Source: Phoronis australis (lineage: Eukaryota; Animalia; Phoronida). Taken from it: DNA of 54,852 bases. The first letter of the stretch is position 1. Each line of letters opens with the position of its first letter. The notes beneath the pieces are model-generated. The model was not told the origin of the DNA. It worked only from the letters and a program-made list of their open reading frames with translations, and made no database searches. Shown piece after piece: positions 1 to 12,392 of this stretch. Where the stretch lies: positions 1 through 54,852 of the forward strand of contig NMRA01001101.1 of the NCBI GenBank assembly GCA_002633005.1. The letters run 5' to 3'. The position numbers and the translations under genes are program-made.

Positions 1-2351
1 CATGTTGGCTATTGAGTGTTATATTTCTCAGGGACGCCTTCAAGCCGTCTTCATTTTTAGCAAAGACCTTCACAAGCCTAAAACCATTCAGTTATTGGCA
101 CAATCGTGGAAGAAAGTCACAGAAAATATTTTGGAGTCACTTCAGCTTAGCTGCACAATTTCTGATATGCCTTCGAAAACTGATGATAACAAAGTGAAGA
201 CAGTGGAAGATGCATTGAAAGTAGCGCATATCAGTTTGGACGAGGTGGAAGATATTTACGCGTGTACACCTCTGCAAGAAGGGTTAATATTTTCTTTACT
301 TCAAGACAAGTCGTCCTATTTAGTGCAGTTATGTTTAAACATAACAGGAAGGCTTGATGTTGAAAGATTCAAATATGCCTGGAGTATCGTTATTAAACGT
401 CACACAGCTTTGCGAACGAGCTTTATTATTGATTGCGGAAGCCATTCTTTGATTCAAATAGTAAGACGCCAGTCTGATCCTCAGTGGGAAGTGGGATCCT
501 GGATTGAATCTGAAGAAACGGAGAGGGGTTTTGTAAACTTAGACAGGGCGAAGGGATTCAGTGCAAACGGAATTCTAATTAGATTTGCTCTAATGAAAAC
601 AAGCGAGTGCAGCCACAAGTTTATTTGGACCTTCCATCATTCGGTTGTTGACGGATGGTCTTCTCCGCTCGTCCTCAGAGACGTTTTGAAAGTTTATCAT
701 GCTCACGATCTTCCACCCGCCCCTTCGTTTCGTCTGTTTGTGGAAAATTGCAAATCTCGCGACATGTCCGCTGCACAAACTTTCTGGTCACAATATTTGT
801 CAAACCTGAAACCAAAGCGTATCTTGACTTTGTCGACAAATCAGGGATCCTCTGAATGTGACACCAAGCAGGTGTTGCGTACATTTTCTACAAAGCTGGA
901 AGATCTGAAGAAATTTGCAAGGGAAAACAGTTTAACGACGACCTCTGTTATGTATGGCGCGTGGGCATTAGTTTTGGATCGGTATTGCAGTAGCCCCAGG
1001 AAAGACGTAGTCGTGGCCGTTGTCGTCGCATCGCGAAGTGCTGACATTGAAGGAGTCGAAGACGTAGTTGGTCTACTGCTCAACACCTTGCCACTTCGCA
1101 TAACTTTGCCTTCTGACGAAAGAGTAACTTTCATAGAATGGCTGAAGACCATCCACGAAAATCAAGCTGCAATTATGGCTTATGATTATAGCAATTTAGC
1201 TGACATACGGAAATGGAGCGGTCTTCCAAGAGATCAGAATCTGCTTGATACTCTGGTTACATACGAAAATTACCCAGCGTTTGAAAACTTTAAAGACCAA
1301 GAAATCGAATTTTCTGCAATCCATGGATATGAAGATATCGATTTGCCTTTGGGAGTTCTTTTTGGTAACGACTGCGAATATCTCATGGCTAAGTTCATGT
1401 ACGACGTAAATAGGGTCAGCAATGAATTAGCCCACCAGATGTTGGCTCACTTGAACAATCTTTTAGATGAGATACTCCTTTGTGATAGCTCAAAACCAGT
1501 GATTCATGCCGAGATTGACACTAAACATGCCAGTTTCGAAAGTCCAGTAACTGACGACGTGACGTACTCGCTCTGCATTAAAGATCAACATGGTCGATCT
1601 TGTCCAAACGGTGTTATCGGGAACTTGTATATACAATTCAACAAGGATGATGACGTGGTTTACACTGGTGTTCTTGCAGCATCACAGATTAACGGTGACA
1701 TAACAGTCGTTTTGGACAACGAAGTCAACTCAATACCAGAGGAACTCGATGGGATTGAAGGGTTGCGAGGCTGTTTTATTTCTGAAACTAATGAAGGTGT
1801 ATTTGCCTTCATTACCTCCGAGTATCCCATGCCCTCTGCGACATTGCAGAATCTCAAATCGATACTTGGAAGGGCACATGCACCATTGTGTGTTCTACCA
1901 GTTCACTTCACCGTTGTCAGTAAAAACGTTCTTAAAGAAGTAACCGAAGTACCGTCGGAAGTCCGGCAAACGGAATCCAAACAATCGTGGCAAGGTAACA
2001 GTGACGTCATGGAAATGTTGACCGACAAGGAATTGATGCTTCGCGACATGTGGGCAAAACTCCTGAAAATGAACTCAGGCGACATAAAACTTGACCATTC
2101 TTACTTTGATCTCGGTGGCACCTCAATATCAGCAATTAGCTTGGTATCTATGGCTGAAAAGCGGGGGTTACAGTTTAGCCTGTCGGATGTAGTGCAGCTC
2201 GAAACACTTGCAGAAATAGCCGCAGTTGCCGAATTAAAGGCGGACGAGGGCGACATCTTGGTTTGTTTAAACAGCGGCGATCCCGGCAAAAAACCTATCA
2301 TCTACATTCACGCCAGTGACGGTGGGGTATCGTCGTTTTCTTACGTTGTTG
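1..2351 (+). CDS. NRPS, penultimate exon (5'-truncated by window): probable epimerization-domain tail, condensation domain, vestigial A fragment, PCP/T domain, start of thioesterase
   Basis: Open frame from the window edge. C-domain motifs EDIYACTPLQEG (~248-283) and WTFHHSVVDGWS (HH at 635-640); carrier motif YFDLGGTSISA (Ser codon 2123-2125); TE start KPIIYIHASDGG; ends at donor G|GTAAGT (2351|2352). Confidence 0.93.
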
Positions 2352-3898
2352 GTAAGTATAGTATTTTGCTGTGAGTGCACTTTTGACTTTTAACGGGAAA
2401 GCCAATGTTTTAGTAGTTAGTCTTACATAAGTTTAATCTGTCATTTAATTTCGTAAACACTGAAGTAACGCCAGTTACGATATTATATTAATGCTGAATA
2501 GGCATAGCTTGTTATGTAATGGTCAGGGGTAAACTCGATTGTGCGCTACAATATGTCTTGAGGTAACTGATGAGATTTTTTAGTACAAATAACATCAGAA
2601 TATTCATATGACTTTCCCTCCAGAGCCACTGCCCTACAATTAGCACGTGAATTCATGTATTAATTAATACGATCTAAATACATGAACAACAGTTATTTTG
2701 AGTGATTAGATAGTCGTAATTTAAAACTGTTATGTTCTCGAACGTGTTACAGCCATCGAACACAGGGAAGCTACATGATCTATGACGTCGTTCCAAAATG
2801 TACTTCATATATAACGAACACATTGTCATGATAAAATGCTAAACCATCGTGCACAAAATTAATCAAGCCCTACTTAAAATTTCGAATTCGTGTTTTGATT
2901 GGTGACCGCCAAAATTTTTCGAAGTTCTTTTGGACAATAATTCGTGCCTCCTTTGAACAGTGGCACGTGTTTGTGCCTATGCATTTTAGATATCTTATCG
3001 ATGCATGTGTACCTCTTTTATGCAACTACGTGTCTTCCAGGCCAACTGAAGAAGTACCCAGTGTACGCTTTCCGTTTTCTGCTTGGAAGTACTCCANCCT
3101 ATCATCTACATTCACGCCAGTGACGGTGGGGTATCGTCGTTTTCTTACGTTGTTGGTAAGTATAGTATTTTGCAGGGAGTGCACTTTTGACTTTTAACGG
3201 GAAAACTAATGATTTAGTTAGTCTTACATAAGAGTAATCTGTCATTTAATTTCGTAAACACTGAAGTAACGCGAAGTTTCGATATTTTATTAATGTTGAA
3301 TAGACCTAGCATGTTATGTAATGGTCAGGGGTAAACTCGATTGTGCGCTACAATATGTCTTGAGGTAACTGATGAGATTTTTTAGTACAAATAATATCAG
3401 AATATTCATATGACTTTACCTTCAGAGCCACTGCCCTACAATTAGCACGAGAATTCATGTATCAATTAATACGATCTAAACACATGAATAACAGTTATTT
3501 CGAGTGATTAGATAGCCGTAATTTAAAACTGCTATGTTCTCGAACCTCTTACAGCCATCGAACACAGGGAAGCTACATGATCTATGACGTTGTTCCAAAA
3601 TGTACTTCATATATAACGAACACATTGTCACGATAAAATGCTAAACCATCGTGCACAAAATTAATCAAGCCCTACTTAAAATTTCGAATTCATGTTTTGA
3701 TTGGTGACCGTCAAAATTTTTCGAAAATCTTTTGGACAATAATTCGTGCCCCCTTTGAACACTGACACGTGTTTGTGCCTATGCATTTTAGATATCTTAT
3801 CGATGTATTTGTACCTCTTTAATGCAACTACGTGTCTTCCAGGCCAACTGAAGAAGTACCCAGTGTACGCTTTCCGTTTTCTGCTTGGAAGTACTCCA
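2294..3898 (+). repeat. ~800-bp tandem duplication across a single N (2294-3096 vs 3098-3898), probable uncollapsed haplotypes
   Basis: Sequence after N3097 restarts at CCTATCATCTAC (=2294); exonic parts identical, intron carries substitutions and small indels. Confidence 0.85.
2352..3842 (+). other. Phase-1 GT-AG spliceosomal intron (true length ~688 bp, assembled twice: 2352-3040 and 3156-3842)
   Basis: Donor GTAAGT at 2352; acceptor TGTCTTCCAG ending 3040 and 3842; splicing G|GC restores Gly and gives SYVVG-QLKKYPVYAF, the expected TE continuation. Confidence 0.88.
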
Positions 3899-4656
3899 TT
3901 CGAGTCAATTCCTCAACTTGCCTCGCTGTATGTAGAGCGAATGAAGCAGTTGGACTTCTTTTACACTGAAACCCCGTATGTTCTAGTTGGATATTCGTCA
4001 GGCGGGGCTATAGCTTTTGAAATTGCGCTGCAGCTTCAAAAGATTGCCCGCAGACCGGAGACGCTAGTTATTCTTGACGGAAGCCCGGATTTAATCGCAA
4101 AAGCATACACGAGAATCTTGAAGAGCTCCGAAAAGCAGATGGAGGCTCACGAGAAATGGCTNTTGGATATTCGTCAGGCGGGGCTATAGCTTTTGAAATT
4201 GCGCTGCAGCTTCAAAAGATTGCCCGGAGACCGGAGACACTAGTTATTCTTGACGGAAGTCCGGATTTAATCGCAAAAGCATACACGAGAATCTTGAAGA
4301 GCTCCGAAAAGCAGATGGAGGCTCACGAGAAATGGCTTCAAAACACTTGGAGTGAAAAAGGCTTGAACGAAGACGATTTGAAGGTTGGACTGTCACTGTT
4401 TCGAGAAACTCTGAATATTTACGCCTCCTACGTTCCTTCCACCATTTACGACGGAGACGTCAAACTGGTACGTGCAACTGATATACTAACAGAAGGACCG
4501 CTATCTGAAACTCTTGCTAAGCTTCAAAAACAAGAGCGCGACTATGGCACCCAACGTTTGTGCTCTAAACCAGTGCGAGTTGTTGACGTTGATGGCGACC
4601 ATTACACCATGATGAGAGACGAAAAACAGATTATAGCGAAGACTGTTGTCGAATAG
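3843..4656 (+). CDS. NRPS terminal exon: thioesterase domain (read as 3843-4161 + 4338-4656 after removing the 175-bp assembly duplicate)
   Basis: PYVLVGYSSGG (GxSxG Ser 3995-3997), LVILDG Asp (4076-4078), DGDHYTM His (4600-4602), stop TAG 4654-4656. Confidence 0.9.
3987..4337 (+). repeat. 175-bp tandem duplication across a single N (3987-4161 vs 4163-4337), probable assembly overlap of alleles
   Basis: Sequence after N4162 restarts at TTGGATATTCGTCAGG (=3987); three differences seen. Confidence 0.88.
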
Positions 4657-7600
4657 TCCGTGTAAAAAGCTATATTTCTGTTTCACTGGACATACTATTG
4701 CTACCAGCTACATAAATATTTACAACGGACACTAATAGAACTGATCATATATAATTTAATCTGGGAAATGGACTGTCGAACAATGTCGCGTAAGAATGTT
4801 TCGCACAGGCACGATTATGCGTTTTTGCCGAGGACAATGCGTGAGGTCCACCTGTGCCTACAACCGAAACTTTGGTGCGTGCGCCTGTAGGCAAAACACC
4901 TCAGTAAACAACTTTCTTTGAAAAAATACACTATTTCAGGCCTAGGGAAACTAGTGAGTACAAACATTGTCTAGCTTATATGCATACTGTTTCTGAAGTC
5001 CGCGAACTTCGTGCTGACAATGACGAATTAGTATCTGCATAAGCTTAGAGCAACCTAACATAACGCATCTCTTATATATGTACTAAATAGGGTCTATAGA
5101 AACAGCCCGTACATAAAGCCTAGAAAACAACCGGGCAATACTATTGATCTGTTATAGAATGTGTATTTACGTTTACATTGTTTATCATTTCGAGTTAGGT
5201 GTAGTGTGTTGATCACGTTTGGTTTAGGTGATTTATGTGTTCACATTCGCAGTGATGACGTCGTTTGCAAAGGAGGCTTAGTTTGGGCAATGACAAAGCT
5301 AAACGACTGAAATATATGCGATGAAAAATTTCTGTTGCTTTTTATCATGACGTTGGTTGTGTTGAATCCCGGGTGATGAGTACAGTAAGAGTCTTTGTAT
5401 CCGTAGATCAGCGCGTTTTGAACCAATCTGTACACATAGGCATGAACTAGTTTGAGACTGTTTAACACACTAAAGATGTCATTTAAATGCGTTAACCAAC
5501 AATCTGCCATTACATATGCATTTACTGGATTAACCAAAAGTAGAGATAAATGGATACTGAGAATAACGTAAAAATAAAGATGTCAGGTAAGGGAGGGTTG
5601 AGGACATAGTAACAACAGGAGTCGCAAAGCACCATCCAATGCGAAAACAAAAGTAAGACAAAGAAACCACTTGACCTAGTATAACATAGGCCAATAGATA
5701 AACACACAGATTGGTGCACTGACGCTACGTTAATATAAAAATGAGAAGGAAGTAGAGACATCATAACGAATATACTGTAACACTCAAATCATATTGATGT
5801 GCGCTAACTGGGAAGCGCTTCCGAAGCTCGTTTACAGTGGGCAGCAACTGTGTAGTTGAGATGTAAAGACAAACGTCATGAAAAATGACAAGTAACAGAG
5901 CTCATGTACAGATACACTATATACGCTAAAGTGTAAATGTGAGAGACAATCTGCCACAGCAAAAACAGAGAAAAATCTGTTTCGGGCAATGATGGAAAAG
6001 GGGTGTTTCATTTCAGAACAATACTTGCGGCGCGTCTCAAAATAATATTTACACTTCTTGCGAGCCCGCAGTATGCACGTAAAATCTTACGACTCGTCGC
6101 ACAACATATACCCGCACAGCCGGCTTGTTTATGCGTTAAATCATAGACTGGATAGGCATAGTACCGGGACCACCAAATCTGTATGTCCTAAATGGACAAA
6201 ATCTGTGATCGTACACACAAAGCGCGACCAACAGTATCCAGGCCGAGAAGAGACAGTTCACTAACGGCGCCTTGTTTGAGTCACGGTTTTTCTTCCGACA
6301 AATATGTCGTCTGCTCATTAACTGGAAAGTGGTGCCTCTTTTGACAATTCCTCTCAAATGAAAATATCGGAGTTGCGAATCTGTTGTCTATGAACTATGG
6401 TTATAAGAGACATAATCGACGACATATGAAGCATTAATAAAATGGATAGAATTACACACATTTATATCCAAAAATGCTTCAAAAGTTGTTCAAAGCTTTT
6501 TCTCAAAAATTATTCTATTCTGTTACGTGAACTGCTTTCTTTTGCTTTTATTTTTTCAAAAATCCTCGATTCCAGCTACCCTGGACTTCTCCTGCTCTTT
6601 CGTGAACCACACGACTTACGGGTACAATGCCTTACTAGTCGCATGCACTCTTTGCCCTTGGTGTAATTTTAGAGTTCAAGCATGGCGTCCAAAAACATAG
6701 CACTTTTGTACTAGTTGCCCCCAACACATTGCATTGGTTAGTAATTGTAACTTTCAGATTGTCGGGTTTTGAAGGAGGATTTGGCCACTCGGGAATTAAT
6801 AGGCGGATTTTGTAAAGTTATATGGACTAGTAAAGACCATTAGAAGATTTAGGACTCGGTGAGGGATTCAGTCGGTTAACTGGTATAAGACTGAAACCAT
6901 TACAAACTTTTCCAAAACAATTTCAGGCTTAAGGTTAAAACTCTAGGACCAAATTCAAAATGTTTTAAGAGTAAAACAATTATACCTCGAAGCAAAGTAT
7001 CCCGTAGCCGGACAAAAAGTCTAAATAGAAATGTCTTGTTTGGTTCATGACAGGCATCCAAACGGTGCCATGCAGATTCATTTACGTGTGTCTTTTATTC
7101 ATGTCCCTTGGTTATTTGCTTTACCAATGTTCAGTTGAGGGTCGAACTTAGTTCAGAGGATGCGATCGGAACGGAAGATTGCTAATAACGACAAGTGTCG
7201 TGTATTCAACCAATGTTGTATTTTCGGAACGAAAACGCATTAATTGTCGGATCGAAGGGTTTTACGCCTGCAAGTGCTTATAGGTAAAGTGAAATGGTAC
7301 ATCGCGTACTAAAATCTCGGGCGGTCGATCTTTCACACTTTTTGGCTTCTCATTGAATTCCCATAGAACTGAATTGGGTTAGGACCAAGTTCATCCGAAG
7401 AAATAGGCCCCTGCACATAAAATTAACTTTGTAGAACCGGTCCAAAACATCGAGAGATTTTGAGAAGAATCACTAGATCCATCCAGAGTTAAAACTGTGT
7501 CGTTGGCATATTTCTTAATCTTTGGTCCTCATGGAGATAACGTCACTTTCCTGATTTGCATAAACACTAAAGCCATTATTCTAGCACATAATGTGAAAAG

Positions 7601-8184
7601 ACGTGGAGAGATTGGGTCTCCATGTCGACATCCGCAACCGACTTCAAAATATTAGGGAGGTGAAATTATTCTGGATCATCGAAAGTCGCGATCCCTCATT
7701 CAGTTTAAAAGACGAATCCACTTCACAATGTTCTCTCTTAAGTTAAACATACATTTCGATGAAATTGAATCGAACAGTTCCTCTAATTCTATTAGGACAA
7801 GAAGGCATACTGCATCAGATCGTACACGTTTCAGGTGTTATCGCCGATGTATCTACGTCACATTTGTTGAAAATACAAAGCAAAGTACAATAGACAAAGC
7901 AAATATACACACAAACCACGCGTGCGCATAACAAAATTGAAACCTGTGCGTACTCAAGTAACAAAAGAGCCAAAGAGGACCATCTATTGTTAAAATTTTC
8001 AGATACACAGTAAATATTTCCATTTGAATATACTTGAACGCCCCCTTCTTGAAAATTGCGATTGAGGGATAAGCATTCCTGAGTCTTTATTTGGTGGTAG
8101 ATGTGACATTTTCCAAGACCAAGGAACTACTTTAATAAAGCCTGTTTGATTTTCACACTGTATGGTACTAATTACCACATTTAA

Positions 8185-10882
8185 GAGTGACTCCATATAA
8201 AAACCAACAGGTAGAGTCTATACCCAAAATCACGGATTTTTTTGGAACTCAGCACATGAGTTTGGTTTGTTGAGATGTAGAAAACCTCACTTTTTAAGAA
8301 TTTTCAATCATCGCTTTTCTTTTTATGACCTGTACCTCCATTTTGCAACAAAATTGGGCTTCGAAGTAGGCATGTTTGAATGCATTTTACTAGCATGTGT
8401 GGTAAGGTCAAAACAAATTAATAATACGAATTGAAAGGACAGTGGCTGAATAATTTAATGACATAACTTTCAAAATCCATTCATAAATTTGTACGTTTTG
8501 AATTTGTGAGGCAAAAACGGCTATTTTTCAGTTTTTCACTGAAGCCATTTTCGGCCAAATTTGGCACTGTGTAGCAGCCATAACGTACCTTTCCTGAAAT
8601 TGACTTTATAATAATTTGTTTAGTCATTCCTAACCAATAGAAAATAATTCACGAGAGACAATTTTATTAATGACTCATTCATGACAGACATGAAGTAAAC
8701 AGAAGTAACGGTCTAGACTTCATATATCACACATCTTTGACTGGTATGCTACAAAACTAGGCTAAACGTTGAGCTCATTTACCACTTCATTCAGTAAATC
8801 TGACGATATAACAGCATCTTCAGCAGAAATTGCATCGTCATAAACATTGCTGCAGAAAACCTCCAAAAAATCCACCAATCTGCGATTCACTTAATATCAC
8901 AGGTAAACACTTTACCAGTAGGTTCTCGAGATGTTTTCTCCATTTTGGCACTTCCGAGGGTGAACGTTTTTACCTGACTTATCTCCTTCATCGAATATGT
9001 TCGTCAGAAAGTTCTTAACCTTTGCTGAAAATTTTGTTGACCTTTTACCTTTTTAATGCCTAACCTATTGCTTCAGCATTCGTCTCATCCAAATGGTACT
9101 CTGAGGCTGTCTCAAATGACGCTCCGGTTCTTGCATCTGAAAGCATTTCTGACCACTGTCGTGCGATGTGGTCATACGTGTATCAAAAAATTTCGAGTAA
9201 CCTTGCTGGGTACAAGGGAACTTTTGTTGAGGCTCTTCACCAGATCTGATACAATGCCAACCTTAACTCTTGGTGTTGAAAATCCGCCATGTCTGAGAGA
9301 GATGTTAGTGTATTTTAGAGAAATAGGATTCCCATTTTCTCAAGTATTTGTAAGAACTTACCGTCACCTACATGGAATGATTTCCACACGCGAATTCCTT
9401 GGGTGGAATAGTGGGAATTTGGGAATGGGCTTATACCAGGAACTGAGTATTTTGGAAAAGACTTTGTTGCATTGACTGAACATGCATGCACATAACACCC
9501 CTTCACACGGCCACTGGAATGTAATGCTTCTTTCAAATCCAGAAAGTTTATGATATTGTTACCTTCGGCTACAAAGTACTTTACATGTTGTTTGAGTGGA
9601 GCGATCTTGCGATCACAGAGATCCTTTCCATTCTGACTTTCACTAAAGTCATATCTCGAAACAGAAATGCCGGTAGAATTTGACAAGGCTGCTACGTTCA
9701 GGAGGAGAGGAACAGAGTGGTAACATCCAGCATTACCTGACTCTTCCATGACTGGTCCTGTTCAGTCAGAAATTCACCGACTCGGGGTAGTACGAGTCCT
9801 TACTCTGGCACAGGCCATGCTTTGTGAGGTAGTTTCCTGTATCTCAAATGTTCAGTGGTGTCTTTAACAAAACTCACTAAAGCACAAAGCTTTTGTGATC
9901 GGATTTTTTGCAGAATAAACTCTAAAGGAACATGAAGGCCCATCGACATCGCCCGCCATTTTGTCTTTTTAAAATGCACTTGCTTCTTTCAAAACCAGTC
10001 ATTACAAATATCCATTCTTACTCGTTTAATCTTAAAGGCATTTATTTCCATTTAAAATTTCTACAGAGTTTTTAAATTAACCTGATAATGTAAAAGAAAT
10101 GAAAGAATACAAGAGGGTTACACGTACATTTTTATATATCCTCAAGCTTAACCTGAACTGACTCCTTCAGTGGGCAAAGGTCATCGGGTTCATGTTTGAT
10201 ACTTGCCGCGTAATAAACCCGGAAAACATCTTGTTTTCATTTGAAAGAGTTAAAACTTGGTTTCTATAACTATTTAAAGTACACTTATTGCCTAAAAGTT
10301 TGTTCCAATGGTCTGTAAACTCTGCTCGCCATTTCCAAACTATGAAAATAGACAGTTTTGCAAGACAATTTTCACTAAGGTGCAAAGTTGAGGCAAGATT
10401 TTTTATTGCTCAGTCATCAAGACTAACTCTTTAACTGTATGCTCAAAAAGTCACATAAGGCTACAAGGTGTTTTATGGCAGTCAGAAGGTCACAAAAATG
10501 GTCACTAAAATTAGCCCCAAAAAGTGGTCTGTGGATTATTTCCCCTGTCTAGTACAAAACTGTCAGATTTTAATAAATGGCACAGAATTATGTACAGTAT
10601 ACGTTGGTTATTCCAGCCACCAAAATATAGCTTTTGATCTATTTTGTATGTTACTCATTTTTGTTGCTGAAAAAATGCAATTTTTGAGACGGCTAATATG
10701 CCCAATTGTGCCAATTTGTGTTATCATGCTCCAGCGGCGAAATTAGGGGTCACTGAGTGCACAAAATTTGGCATTTGGGTTTATGTTAGGATACCTACCC
10801 ATGTACAAAAAATGAAGTTGTTTTAAATTTTGACGTATAGACTGATTTTTGAAAATCTACTGGTTTTTATATGGACTGTCTC
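8185..10882 (-). mobile_element. Sola3-like DNA transposon, internally deleted
   Basis: TTAA|GAG...CTC|TTAA termini (TTAA at 8181-8184 and 10883-10886); imperfect TIR sharing TCCATATAAAAACCA; internal transposase relic. Confidence 0.75.
8820..9750 (-). pseudogene. Sola3-type DDD transposase C-terminal remnant
   Basis: SGNAGCYHS...RYDFSESQNGKDLCDRKIAPLKQHV...EGNNI (ORF 9315-9749), then degraded G*ALKK (~9045-9068) and LSESQIGGFF (~8865-8895) with stops and frameshifts. Confidence 0.7.
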
Positions 10883-12392
10883 TTAAAGTGATTTACAAGA
10901 CAACCAGACAAAACCCTCAATCTACCATTCATGTGAATTAAAATGTGGCGCCAACTAAAATATTCTTCAGCCTTCTTGAACTCCGTTAAAATAGTTTTCA
11001 ACGGTTTCGTTTATATCAACCGATAAACAGAGGGAGGACATCGTATGGTTTCTTTGGTTTAGTTAGTACCAGTTAGCGGATTAACTTCAACTGGGGCCCT
11101 CGTCTGTGCTCAGTTTTGTGCCTCCCACTTCTAAAATTTCTGGATTGTTCCTACGGATTGGTTATAGAAGGACGTGCCCTTGAAAAGGGCCCTTTTTAAC
11201 GACACTCGTAGTAGCGAACTCCCATGACCACCTGAGGGGATTGTGGGAGTGTTTTTTTTTTGCTGACAAGTCAAGCTAGATAACCTAAATCAAGGAGGCC
11301 TTAGGCAGTAACGTGGAAATAAGGTAGCTGCATTTTTCACGAAAATCGTAACTTTCCCCGATAGTTTTCCATGTAATGGAATACAGTGGATTGACGAGAA
11401 AACAGTATAACTTTCTATCAAGCTGTCAAAATCATATATGCTGATTGTTAGAATCAATGTAAGAAAATTTCCAATTAAGAGTGTAATTTTTTATTAAAAG
11501 CCATTCTCAACTGATTGTTTATGTTAATAACAACCCGACAATATTTCCCAACACTACTAAATATTCAGCCAACGAAATTCAGAAATTTTATGTTTGATGA
11601 CAAATTCTAGTTAGCTCAACAGGTAGGCAACCATACTCTAAGTATTTATTGAAGTCATATATTGAAACTGAGACGGGTTGTCTCGCTGCCATGGTAAGCA
11701 GATATTTCGGCAGTCACTGTCAGCAACTGGTAGAAAATTCACGTTAAAAGCAGGCTACGTTGCCAAAAATATTTGAGTTGACTCATTAGCGAAATTTAGA
11801 GTTATTGCTAAGCTGAATTGAGCATCGTCACTATGGCAACAAGTTTTTTTACGAAGATCACCAATCTTAGGCTCGATTGTACTCATGTTAGAAGGCAGGC
11901 AGCCATGAACAAATCCTTTTAATATACCTTCCTTAAAACGTAGGGCAGTTGCCAAACTTGACAGTGCAACGTTGTCATGATAACCATGTAATTTGGAGTT
12001 TCAAAATTATAGTAAGCTGCACACATAACACACCAAATATAAAAATAATATAAACCCCCTATAGCACAAACTGACTGTTCTATCAAACATATACCACATT
12101 GTAGGACACTTTTGAAAATCCAAAACTGGTTGTCAAGGTTTACCGGAAGCTCTCGCAGACAGGCTATATCTTGTCAACAATGCAGTTTGAAAACCAGTCA
12201 CTGCTTTAAAATATTCCTGAGGTATATTAATCTAATTTAATTTATGAATAAAGTCTATATCAGAAATCACATATTTGTTATTTTTTCACATATTTCTAAA
12301 AAAAGCGTTTTTCCAAAGTTAATTCCTATTGGCTAACGCACGCCTGGCGTCAGTGAGGCTGTACCGTGAGTGAAGGCAATGAGATAAATTAA

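Noticed and set aside
2-2374. Stand-alone 790-aa protein starting at ATG 2 and ending KYSILL
   Set aside because: It starts mid-domain at the window edge, and the last residues are intron read-through past the GTAAGT donor.
3746-4656. Two separate thioesterase genes, or a frameshifted TE, as in the ORF track
   Set aside because: The overlap is a 175-bp duplicate centred on a single N; removing it yields one continuous TE exon.
1-4656. Bacterial contaminant or ACV synthetase assignment
   Set aside because: The spliceosomal intron and allelic variation argue against a bacterium; ACV synthetase ends A-T-E-TE, not E-C-T-TE.
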